Positions 37,619 to 46,112 of a DNA stretch of 64,000 bases are shown piece by piece. The stretch's first letter is position 1; every line of letters starts with the position of its first letter. The notes beneath the pieces are model-generated. The model searched no databases, had not been told where the DNA came from, and saw only the letters and a program-made list of their open reading frames with translations. Made by a program: the position numbers and the translations under genes. Source of the DNA: Alphaproteobacteria bacterium (GTDB taxonomy: Bacteria > Pseudomonadota > Alphaproteobacteria > Bin95); the NCBI GenBank assembly GCA_965202745.1, contig CBDBCB010000021.1, forward strand, positions 326,295 through 390,294, in the 5' to 3' direction.

Positions 37619-38830
37619 AACCTTCCGTTCGAAAGCGACAGGACTTTTCCAGCCCAGTGCTGAGTGGCGGCGGCGCGGGTTATGGAAGCCATTAATGTCT
37701 TCGAAGATTGCCATCTCAGCTTGCCTGCGTGTTTCCCATGCCCGTCGCCAGATCATCTCTGCCTTGATGGTTTTGAAGAAGGTTTCGACAGCCGCATTAT
37801 CATAGCAGTTGCCTTTGCCACTCATGGACACCTTGAACCCGTGCTGCCGCAGGATCTTCTGATAATCGTGTGAGCAATATTGGCTGCCCCGGTCGGTATG
37901 GGGGATGCACCCCTTGGGCGGAGCGCGCAATGCGATGGCCATGTTCAGCGCCCGGATTGCCAGATCGCGCTTCATGCGATGGCTCACGGCCCAACCAATG
38001 ACACGACGGGAATGTAGGGCGAGGATCACTGCCAGATACAACCAACCCTCACGCGTCCAGATATAGCTGACGTCACCAGCCCATTTCTGATTGGGTTGGT
38101 TGACTGCGAAGGTCCGGTCCATCAGGTTTGGAGCAATGTTGAATTGGTGGTCACTGTCGGTCGTCACCTTGTGTTTGCGGGTTCTGACAACGGATATGCC
38201 GTTCTGACGCATCAATCTGCCGACGCGGCGGTGTCCGATATCCAGGCCGATCTCTTTCAGTTCTTCTGTCATCCGGGGTCTGCCGTAGCTGCCCAGGCTG
38301 AGACGGGACTGTTCTTTGATGTGGGCCAAAGTGACAAGATCAGACCGCTGCCTGCGGCTGGCTGGACGGTTGCGGAAAGCCCGCAAGCCTCGGGGACTGA
38401 CATCCATGACGTCACACAGCCGGTGGGGGGAAAGCTGTTGCGGTGTTCCTGGATAAACCTAAACCTCATGGCTTTTGGCGCGCGAAGAACTGCGTTGCCT
38501 TTTTTTAAGATGTCCCTCTCCTCCTGGAGAATGCGGTTCTCCCGTCGAAGCCGATCATTGTCTTGGGCGAGGCTCAAATCCTCTTTCGACACCACGTCTG
38601 TGTCTCTGTGTGCGGTCATCCACTTGTTCAGTGTCGACAGGCCAACACCAAGGTCATTAGCAACCTGTTTGCGCGTCAGCCTACTGGTCAGCGCTATTCG
38701 CACCGCATCCCGTCGAAATTCATCCGTCCGTTTCAGTCCCATAGTCAGTCTCCTTTGCTGCAATAAATGCTATCAAAGGGCCGGCATCAAACCGCGACTG
38801 GTCCAACGCGGGAAGCCAGGGTATTGCAGT
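37619..38830 (-). mobile_element. IS3-family element 1, 3' end truncated by the IS21 insertion; orfA-orfB arrangement with additional frame disruption
   Basis: orfB (37607-38407) has a DDE integrase core (HTDRGSQY, GNCYDNAAVETFF). Its last codons read into the IS21 end. orfA is at 38269-38742. The left boundary is approximate. Confidence 0.7.
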
Positions 38831-38906
38831 GCTCCTGTGATCATCGGTCGAGCTGCACAATTTGCGATCGCTATGAATCCGCTTCCCAAGCTCAGTCGGG
38901 GATGGT

Positions 38907-39246
38907 GTGATGGATAATCCTTTTGCTGGCCAGGACATTGTGGTCGACGATAGCTTTCGCGAGCGTATGGATGCTTTCGTTCAGCTTCGCGAAGGTAAGG
39001 GGGCCTCACCAGTTCACCAGCCGTTTCGACGCAACATCGATCTTTGGTTCTTCGCAATCATGCTTGCGGTCAAAAAAGGCATTAAGCCAAGCCCTCCTTC
39101 CGGCAAGACTTACAAGGCTGCTGAAGGCGTCGTTCTTGGTTCCGATGAATGGCGCCCTACCGCTCTTATTCTCTCTGCTCGATGAGCGCGGAGAGGACAC
39201 CGCACTGGACTATCTATGTGATGCTGTGGAGGAATTGATTGGTTAG
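38907..39246 (+). pseudogene. hypothetical protein, apparently frameshifted near 39160
   Basis: Two overlapping ORFs. The 5' part of one (MMDNPFAGQDIVVDDSFRERMDAFVQ...) and the 3' tail of the other (...LLFSLLDERGEDTALDYLCDAVEELIG) look protein-like. No domain recognised. Confidence 0.3.
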
Positions 39247-39797
39247 AAGTCATCTCGGCCATGTGCACACGCACGGGCGTTCGCCTTGGATGTAGGCGCG
39301 GCTCCCGCTAGTGTTGAACTCAAAGTTCCTCTGCTGATATCAAGGCTAAACAACTGAAATATCGAGTGGAATTGGTAAATGCGATGCCCGTTCCATCATA
39401 TCGAACGCGACCCGCTTCGAAGTGCTTGGCTGTGGCTTCCAAAAAGTTGCAAAAATATAAGTACTTGCAAAAAATTCACTGAATCGGCGCAGTCATTAGG
39501 TCCAGAGAATACGGGCCCTGAGAGACTGCTTCCGGACCTCCTAGCGCCGCGGCCGGTGAACAGCCCCACCCGCATAACCCTCGAAAATAACGGAAAAATC
39601 CGGCCGCAGCCGGATCGGGAGAACAGTTTAGCGGAGGCAAGTGGCGGTGTCGTTATGGCGCTGCCCGGCCTGCGTGAGGCGGTGCAGGTTGAGATACTCG
39701 GGTTTCAGGCCGCGCAGGAGCCAGGTTGAATTGAACCGGGGCAGGACTGGCGCGCGCCTTTGATCCCGGCTATATCGGGGATGAAAGGATCCCGCCC

Positions 39798-40181
39798 ATG
39801 CTGCCCGCCGCCGCCATTGATACCGCCAAGGCCATCGACGAGCTCGAAGCCGCCGGTCTGGACAACAAATCCGCGCGGGCCCTGGTTTCGGTCGTGAACG
39901 CCGCGTTTACTAACACGGCGGCGACCGCCGCTGATCTGCGCGAGGCGGAAGGCCGTCTCGAGAAGCAGATTATGAAACAGGGCGCGGCGCTGGACAAACG
40001 GATCACCGAGCAGGGCGCGGCGTTTGAAGGCAGGATCGCCGAGGTCCGGACGGAGATTGCCGAGAGTGTCAACAAGACCCTGCGCGGGATGGCGCTTCTG
40101 ATTGGCATGGCTCTGGCGCTCGGCGCACTCTGGATCGCCGTCGTGCCCGCCATTCGCATGGCCCTCATCGGCGCGCCCTGA
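39798..40181 (+). CDS. DUF1640-like coiled-coil protein with a C-terminal TM segment
   Basis: 127 aa, coiled-coil repeats followed by a hydrophobic tail (LLIGMALALGALWIAVV). The DUF assignment is from memory. Confidence 0.5.
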   Translation: MLPAAAIDTAKAIDELEAAGLDNKSARALVSVVNAAFTNTAATAADLREAEGRLEKQIMKQGAALDKRITEQGAAFEGRIAEVRTEIAESVNKTLRGMALLIGMALALGALWIAVVPAIRMALIGAP

Positions 40182-40204
40182 CGCTGCGTATGTCATTGCG
40201 GCAA

Positions 40205-40510
40205 TCATCGCGTCCACAGCCCCCGGCGACAGATATGCTGGAGACCCGCCCCGAGCGCGGCCCCGGTCAGGATGGACAGCGTAAGACCGACCCACCGCTC
40301 AAAGCCGGACATCTCGCCAAACGGGGTGCCCGTGAGACTGGACAGCGCCACAAACGGGGCCATGACAACCGTGCCAAGGACCGGCGAGACCTGAAGCCCC
40401 AGCACCAGCCCGAACAGGGGTGCGACAAGACCACAGACAGCTCCCGTGACCAGTCCCGTCCGAAGAGACCGAAGGGTGGCCCGAACACCAGGGTGACCCG
40501 CCCGTCTCAT
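40205..40510 (-). CDS. small membrane protein (glycine-zipper-like), translationally coupled to the upstream nuclease gene (ATGA overlap)
   Basis: Gly-rich TM segments. The start ATG at 40508-40510 overlaps the nuclease TGA. Confidence 0.45.
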   Translation of the reverse strand: MRRAGHPGVRATLRSLRTGLVTGAVCGLVAPLFGLVLGLQVSPVLGTVVMAPFVALSSLTGTPFGEMSGFERWVGLTLSILTGAALGAGLQHICRRGLWTR

Positions 40511-41151
40511 CGCCGGTCCCTCCGCCAGTCCCACGGAGCCTCGAACATGCCCTGCCAGAGACCACGCGCATCCGCGCGCGCGGTCTCCTCCTGCGCGATG
40601 TAATCCCTGCTGTACCGGCGGTACGCCAGCGCATGACCCGCGCTGACCATCCAGGCGTTCAGATCAATCCCGCCCTGATGGCAGAGCGCAATCAACCGCC
40701 CGTAACGGTCAATGTCCCGCACCGTGCAGATCACAGGCTGCCGTCCGATCCGGTCAGCCAATGCCAGCACGGCGCGCTGACCGCAGCGATATGCGGCGCC
40801 CCCCGCGTCGGCGCAGGTCTGACGGCTCTCGGGCGCATCGATCCCGTGCAGCCGGAGGCGCTGGCCGCGTATCTCCAGCGTGTCGCCATCGATCACCGAA
40901 GCTGTGCCCGCAACCGTGCCAGGCCCGTCTTTCGGGTGGCAATGCCAGGGCCGGGACCCGCCATGACATCCCCCGGCGTCTGTGCGTCCGGAATGCGCGT
41001 TCGCCGCCGGCACAAGGGTGGCCATCAGGCGGGCGGCGTCGTCCGCCATGCGCCCGACACTCACCACCGGAAGGCAGAGCGCAAGGAGCACGGAACCACG
41101 ACCGGCGGTGCGGCACAGATGTCGGAGGGTATCAGAGGGATGTCTGGTCAT
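40507..41151 (-). CDS. secreted thermonuclease (SNase-like) family nuclease
   Basis: Signal peptide, SVIDGDTLEIRGQRLRLHGIDAPE SNase motif. Confidence 0.8.
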   Translation of the reverse strand: MTRHPSDTLRHLCRTAGRGSVLLALCLPVVSVGRMADDAARLMATLVPAANAHSGRTDAGGCHGGSRPWHCHPKDGPGTVAGTASVIDGDTLEIRGQRLRLHGIDAPESRQTCADAGGAAYRCGQRAVLALADRIGRQPVICTVRDIDRYGRLIALCHQGGIDLNAWMVSAGHALAYRRYSRDYIAQEETARADARGLWQGMFEAPWDWRRDRR

Positions 41152-41217
41152 GCGGGCGTGCGCTCCTTGGGCCTGTGCTGAAACAAGGTCAGTAAGTGTT
41201 GCAACCAAGTAGAAATG

Positions 41218-41514
41218 TCACCGGTCTGGACCGTTAAACCGGCTTCCCAGTGGATGGGCGTGTGTAAATGCTGCATTGATGATCCGATAAGATGGAACAC
41301 TAAATACCAGTTCATCAACACCGATGCCGGGAAGCAGATCATTTTCCGCCAGCAACCGATCGTTGGTGGCGTGATCCAGATCGAAGATGCTTTGTAGATG
41401 ATCGTCATCATCGGCAATGCGAACCAGGACACTGTCCCCGTTCTCACTGTATTTCGAAGGAATCATCCGATGAGTATCGAGTTGATGGAAAGATCGGCTG
41501 AACTTCCCTGACAT
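41218..41514 (-). CDS. hypothetical protein (98 aa)
   Basis: ORF only. No domain recognised. Confidence 0.25.
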   Translation of the reverse strand: MSGKFSRSFHQLDTHRMIPSKYSENGDSVLVRIADDDDHLQSIFDLDHATNDRLLAENDLLPGIGVDELVFSVPSYRIINAAFTHAHPLGSRFNGPDR

Positions 41515-41657
41515 CCGAAAGTTTTGGGAAGCTCGAGGTCTCTCCCTCCCCTCCTCTGCTGAAGTTGCACAAAAAACGGCTCAAAGGAGCCGAATGCTAT
41601 TCAGGCACAGATGGAAAAGATTGAGGCTCAGCTAAAAGAAGTAGCTAGTGGCTACGA

Positions 41658-42975
41658 GAGTGTCCGATTTTCTGTGTGTGAGTAATTCAGTCCCTGCTTC
41701 ATTCACGAAGGAGCATGACGACCATGACGATTTCCCAGGAACTACTGGACGAGCTGCTGAGCGGCGTTGAACGACCGGAGGATTTGCTGGGCGATCAGGG
41801 TCTGATGAAGGAACGGAAGGTCCCGTTGATGGAGCCGATGCTGGGGGCTGAGCTAACCGAACATCTTGGCTATAAACCCGGCGAAGAGCCTGCCAACCAA
41901 AGCGACCGGCGCAATGGCCCGTCGCGCAAGACGTTGAAAGGCAAGGCTGGGGCGCTGTCAATTGATGTCCCTCGCGACCGGGAAGGCCGTTTCGAGCCTG
42001 AGCGGATCAAGAAGGGCCAGACCCGGATTGACGGGATGGACGACAAGATCATTGGGCTTTACGCGGCGGGTCTGTCGACCCGCGCCATTCGCGCCCCTCT
42101 GGAAGAGGTCTATGGGCTGAAGGGGTCGGCAGACTTGGTCAGCCGTGTCACCGACGCCGTTCTGGAGGAGGTCTCCGCTTGGCAAAACCGCGCCCTGGAG
42201 CCGATGTATCCCCTCGTTTTCCTCGACGCGCTTGGGGTCACAATCCGCGATCCAGAAAGCCGCCAGGTCAAAAACAAGGCTGTTTACGGGGCATTGGGCG
42301 TCACCCCCGAGGGCGACCGCGAGGTTCTGGGGCTTTGGATCGCCAACAATGAAGGGGCCCAATTCTGGCTCTCGGTGATGAACAACCTGTGCAATCGCGG
42401 CGTCGAAGACATCCTCATCGCCGTCGTCCATGGCCCAGATGCCATCAATGCGGCCTTTCCCGACACCACCGTGCAACCCTGTATCGTGCCTCTCGTGCCC
42501 CATTCCCTGAACTTCTGCGGCTGGAAAGACCGCAAGATCGTCGCATCGGCCCTCAAGCCGATTGATCAAGCCACAGATGACAAAGAGGCCGAGAAAGCGC
42601 GCGCGGCGGTCGAAGACGAATGGGGCCAAAAATACCCCTCAATCGCCCCGAGTTGGCGGCGGGCGTGGCAGGAAGTCATCCCGTTCTTCGCCTTCCCACC
42701 AGACGGGCGCAAAATCATCGACACGACCAACGCTATCGAAAGCCTCAACAGGGTGATCCGAAAGACCACCAAAACACGGGGCAGCTTTCCAACCGACGCC
42801 GCCGCGACAAAACTGATCTATCTGGCAATCGGCAGCTTTGAGAAGACAGGCAGGGCCGTCAGACAATGGGTTGCTGCCCGAAACCAGTTCGCTATTCTAT
42901 ACCCAGAACGGGTCAATCAATGACCTGTCAAACGCGCATGGGCTAAATCTCATACACAGAAGATCGGATACTCCC
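41658..42975 (+). mobile_element. divergent IS256-family element 2, with imperfect terminal inverted repeats GAGTRTCCGATYTTCTGTGTRTGAG
   Basis: Left repeat at about 41658 and its inverted copy ending about 42975. The boundaries are accurate to within about 3 bp. Confidence 0.65.
41715..42923 (+). CDS. IS256-family transposase, possibly inactive (VHGPDAI in place of the expected VDGLKGF around the second DDE Asp)
   Basis: 402 aa. The overall IS256 transposase pattern is present, including the conserved C-terminal IESLNRVIRK. Confidence 0.75.
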   Translation: MTTMTISQELLDELLSGVERPEDLLGDQGLMKERKVPLMEPMLGAELTEHLGYKPGEEPANQSDRRNGPSRKTLKGKAGALSIDVPRDREGRFEPERIKKGQTRIDGMDDKIIGLYAAGLSTRAIRAPLEEVYGLKGSADLVSRVTDAVLEEVSAWQNRALEPMYPLVFLDALGVTIRDPESRQVKNKAVYGALGVTPEGDREVLGLWIANNEGAQFWLSVMNNLCNRGVEDILIAVVHGPDAINAAFPDTTVQPCIVPLVPHSLNFCGWKDRKIVASALKPIDQATDDKEAEKARAAVEDEWGQKYPSIAPSWRRAWQEVIPFFAFPPDGRKIIDTTNAIESLNRVIRKTTKTRGSFPTDAAATKLIYLAIGSFEKTGRAVRQWVAARNQFAILYPERVNQ

Positions 42976-43096
42976 CAGAATTTTGCTTTCTTCCCGCTTT
43001 ACAGCAATCTCCAAGCGGGCTTTGGCCCGGTGAAAATTCGCATTTTCAGGGCTGCTTGAAAGTGCCTCGTCCATATGTTGCAAAGCGGTGGGCAGC

Positions 43097-43190
43097 AAGA
43101 CGCCCTTGCAGGCAATGAAGGGATGGCGCAAACTCAAACTAGAGCTGGTCAGGAAACAGCCATATTACCTTCCAGGATGTGATAGCTATC
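43097..43190 (+). mobile_element. IS481-family 3'-terminal remnant (~90 bp)
   Basis: GGCAGCAAGACGCCCTTGCAGGCAATGAAGGGATGGCG(C/A)AAACTCAAACTAGAGCTGGTCAGGAAACAGCCATATTACCTTCCAGGATG matches the end of copy 3 (62191-62260 plus 60920-60953). Confidence 0.7.
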
Positions 43191-43258
43191 GGCTATGGGC
43201 AGGAGCCGGTCACCGTGCTATCGCGCTGGCTGATTGACGTTCCAAAGGGAGACGCCTC

Positions 43259-43660
43259 GTGATCCGGGGACCCGTGCAATTCCTGCTCGATGCCAACGGC
43301 CGGCCGCAATATGCCGTGCTGCCGATTGAAGACTATTGGGCCATCACCGGCGAAGCTGGCCCGGAAGCAGCGCCGGCGCAGGAAGTAGAGCCGAAAGACC
43401 CGCTGGGCCGCGATGCGCCGCCCGTGGAAATGCCACCGGAAGTGGAGCAGGCCATCGAGCAGGGCTTGCATCCGATCGCCGCCTGGCGTTCGTACCGGGG
43501 CATTACACAAGAAATTTTGGCGGGCTGGATCGGCTTCGAAGAAGAAGACATCGCCTATTTCGAGGAAAATGATGCGGTGCCGACGGTCGAGATCCTGCAA
43601 ATGATCGCCAATGCTCTGGACGTGCCGATCCAGGCGCTGCTTTCGCCACAGGAAAGCTAG
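43259..43660 (+). CDS. XRE-family HTH-domain protein (GTG start; N-terminal domain of unknown type)
   Basis: The C-terminal ITQEILAGWIG...VPTVEILQMIANALDVPIQALL is an HTH_XRE pattern. AAGGGAG lies 9 bp upstream. It sits 5 bp upstream of the CofC-like gene. Confidence 0.55.
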   Translation: MIRGPVQFLLDANGRPQYAVLPIEDYWAITGEAGPEAAPAQEVEPKDPLGRDAPPVEMPPEVEQAIEQGLHPIAAWRSYRGITQEILAGWIGFEEEDIAYFEENDAVPTVEILQMIANALDVPIQALLSPQES

Positions 43661-43665
43661 GTTTC

Positions 43666-44310
43666 ATGTGGGGTGTGCTGCCGGTCAAGAATTTCGAGAA
43701 CGCCAAGACCAGACTGGCCCCGGCGCTGTCGCCTGAGCAGCGGCAGGTGTTGTTCCGCCTGATGGTGGAAGATGTGCTGGCGACCATGTGCGCCAGCGAC
43801 CTGGAGGGCGTGCTGGTGCTGACCAATGAACCGGAGGCAGCAGCACTGGCGGTGGCCTATGGAGCGCGCGTCGAAGGTGAGCCGGAGAACCTGGGCCAGT
43901 CCGAAGCCGTGATGCGTGCCATGCAGATACTGCAGGCAGAAGGCGTGGCGGCAGCGCTGCAATTGCCCGGTGATATTCCCGGCGTTTCTGCGGCGGAGAT
44001 CAATCAGCTGATCCAGGCGCATGAGGCGCGAGGCGCGCGCGCCATGACCATCGTACAGGGCCATGACGGTAAAGGCTCGAACGCCCTGGCCGTCTCTCCC
44101 CCGACACTGATGCCCTTTCACTTCGGCCATGACAGCTTTGGCCCGCATCTGGCGGAAGCCCGGTCAGCGGGTGTGGAGCCGGTCGTGCTGGACGGCCTGC
44201 CCGGTATCGCGCTGGACGTGGATACGGCCGAAGACCTGGCCAAACTGCTAATCGGCAAGTGGGGCCCGAGCCGCGCGGTCGATTGGGCTGTAAAACAACC
44301 GTTTTCCTGA
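43666..44310 (+). CDS. CofC/FbiD-family nucleotidyltransferase (2-phospho-L-lactate / 3-phosphoglycerate guanylyltransferase-like)
   Basis: VLPVKNFENAKTRLAPALSPEQRQVLFRLMVEDVLA..., ...GDIPGVSAAEINQL..., and ...LDVDTAEDLAKL match the CofC family pattern. Confidence 0.7.
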   Translation: MWGVLPVKNFENAKTRLAPALSPEQRQVLFRLMVEDVLATMCASDLEGVLVLTNEPEAAALAVAYGARVEGEPENLGQSEAVMRAMQILQAEGVAAALQLPGDIPGVSAAEINQLIQAHEARGARAMTIVQGHDGKGSNALAVSPPTLMPFHFGHDSFGPHLAEARSAGVEPVVLDGLPGIALDVDTAEDLAKLLIGKWGPSRAVDWAVKQPFS

Positions 44311-44554
44311 GGCGTAAAGCGGCGCTTTGGTCCTCGCGCCGGACTCGACTAATACCAACGGCACTTCAGTGCAGCACGGGTGTGGTGAGGGATTGGCGGT
44401 AGGACCGGTGCTCTTGGTTCTGCACGCCCCCTTCAGCCTGAGGGGTGGGCAGAGCGAGCCTCGAAGGCAGCCGCGAGAGCCTCTTCGATACGCCCGGCCT
44501 ATGGCCAGACTACACAGGATGCTGGCGATTTGCCGGCATAGACCAGCGCGCACC

Positions 44555-44953
44555 CTACAGCGCTGCTTCGTACCAGCCGCGGGCGACGTGGCTTTCGTTC
44601 AGGGTGACTTTCAGGCGCTCGATACCGGCGGCGTCTGCGCCCATGCGGCCTTCCCGAATTTCTGCGGCCATGGTGTCGAAGACATACTTGGCAAGCACTT
44701 CTGTCGTCGTGCGCTTGCCGCCGAACAGGTCCAACTCGTCCAGATTGGCATAGCCGAGCGGCTTCAGCACCCGCTTCAGCGCGTCGTGCGCCAGGCCGAT
44801 ATCCACCACGATATCATTCTCGGTCAGGCTCGGCCGGAAAAAGGCAACGTCGATGACGAAGGTTGCGCCGTGCATCTTCTGCGCCGGTCCGAACGCTTCG
44901 CCGGGCAGAGAATGGGCGATCATGATGTGGTCGCGGACTTCAACGGCAAACAT
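44555..44953 (-). CDS. 6-pyruvoyl-tetrahydropterin-synthase / QueD-like (COG0720) protein, atypical active-site residues
   Basis: MFAVEVRDHIMIAHSLPGEAFGPAQKMHGATFVIDV.... PTPS fold pattern, but the canonical CxxxHGH is not present. Confidence 0.6.
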   Translation of the reverse strand: MFAVEVRDHIMIAHSLPGEAFGPAQKMHGATFVIDVAFFRPSLTENDIVVDIGLAHDALKRVLKPLGYANLDELDLFGGKRTTTEVLAKYVFDTMAAEIREGRMGADAAGIERLKVTLNESHVARGWYEAAL

Positions 44954-44957
44954 AGGG

Positions 44958-45914
44958 CTATTCCTTTTGGGCGCCATAGCGCAGCACGATGCACAGTGCG
45001 TCGGCGGCTTGGTCGATCAGCATGGGCAAATGGTCAGGCGCATCCTCAAATGCAACCTCATGGGTAATCAACGCATCGAGAGAGGGCATCTGCGCCAGCA
45101 GTCGCAGGGCGACATCCATGCGGCGGCGGTGGCTCCAGCGCCCAGCCCGTGCTGTCGGGATATGCCCCACATGGGAAGACACGATGGACAGGCGCTTGGA
45201 GTGGAACGCCTCTCCCAGCGGCAGCGAAACCTCGTTCGCGCCATGCCAGCTTGCCTCGACCACCCGCGCCTCGTGCCCCGCCTTGGCCAGCGCCAGCCGC
45301 AATCCGCCGGCAGATGCGCTGGCGTTGATGGTGACATCGGCTTCTCCGGGCGCATCATCGGGTGCGGCATAGTGGATGCCAAGGACTTCGGCTATCGGCG
45401 CGCGGGCGGGATTGAGGTCGGAAATTGTTACCTCTGTGCCCGGTATGGCGGCGATCAGGGCTGCGATCAGCAGACCCAGAACGCCCGCACCCACCACCAG
45501 TACCCGGTCCCCCGGCCTGGCCTGAGAGTCCCATACCGCGGTCAGCGCGGTCTCCATATTGGCAGCCAGAACCGCGCGGCGCGGCGGCAGTCCGGCAGGC
45601 AGCGGAATGACCCAATCTTCCGAGATATCCGCCACATTCTGATGAGGATAGAGTGAAAAACAGGTTTGGCCGATGCGCTCCGGCGAGCCTTCTGTGACCT
45701 CTCCGACAAAGCAATAGCCGTACTTTACCGGGAACGGAAAGTCGCCTTCCTGGAAGGGACAGCGCATCCGGTTATGCTCGCTTTCGGGCACCGCGCCATT
45801 CAACACCAGCCGCTCGGTGCCCCGGCTGATGCCGGAAAACAGCGTCCGCAGCCGCATCACGCCGGGGCTCACGGCATTGTGTTGGCGCTGTAAATTCTGC
45901 GTGCGAAGGGCCAT
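44958..45914 (-). CDS. Zn-dependent medium-chain dehydrogenase, BchC-like subfamily
   Basis: LFSGISRGTERLV motif (compare SGISTGTERL in BchC-like MDRs) and a Rossmann GxGxxG (VVGAGVLGLL). An ORF-track start at 45956 is possible. Confidence 0.7.
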   Translation of the reverse strand: MALRTQNLQRQHNAVSPGVMRLRTLFSGISRGTERLVLNGAVPESEHNRMRCPFQEGDFPFPVKYGYCFVGEVTEGSPERIGQTCFSLYPHQNVADISEDWVIPLPAGLPPRRAVLAANMETALTAVWDSQARPGDRVLVVGAGVLGLLIAALIAAIPGTEVTISDLNPARAPIAEVLGIHYAAPDDAPGEADVTINASASAGGLRLALAKAGHEARVVEASWHGANEVSLPLGEAFHSKRLSIVSSHVGHIPTARAGRWSHRRRMDVALRLLAQMPSLDALITHEVAFEDAPDHLPMLIDQAADALCIVLRYGAQKE

Positions 45915-46112
45915 TACCCCCTTTGAAATTGTCCATAATTGCATAGATGTCGTCATTGGAAATTAACGGTCCGTAAAGATGGCCGCCCATTCCGGGCAAG
46001 GATCATATGGATCGGTCAAGCAATCTGTCTTGGCAAGCGGGAAGTGGAGTCGCATATCGTGACAGGAGTGGTGGTAGAGTTGCGGAAAGCGGCGTCAGCC
46101 GTCGTGGCTCCA

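Noticed and set aside
39379-39729. 116-aa ORF in the AT-rich spacer upstream of the DUF1640 gene
   Set aside because: Low-complexity with no start context. The region looks like a promoter or leader (TTGCAAAAA direct repeats) rather than coding.
43666-45956. Naming the CofC-like/PTPS-like/MDR set as F420 or tetrahydromethanopterin biosynthesis genes
   Set aside because: The family-level similarity is visible, but the assignment to a specific pathway rests on my uncertain recollection of the literature and cannot be supported from this window alone.
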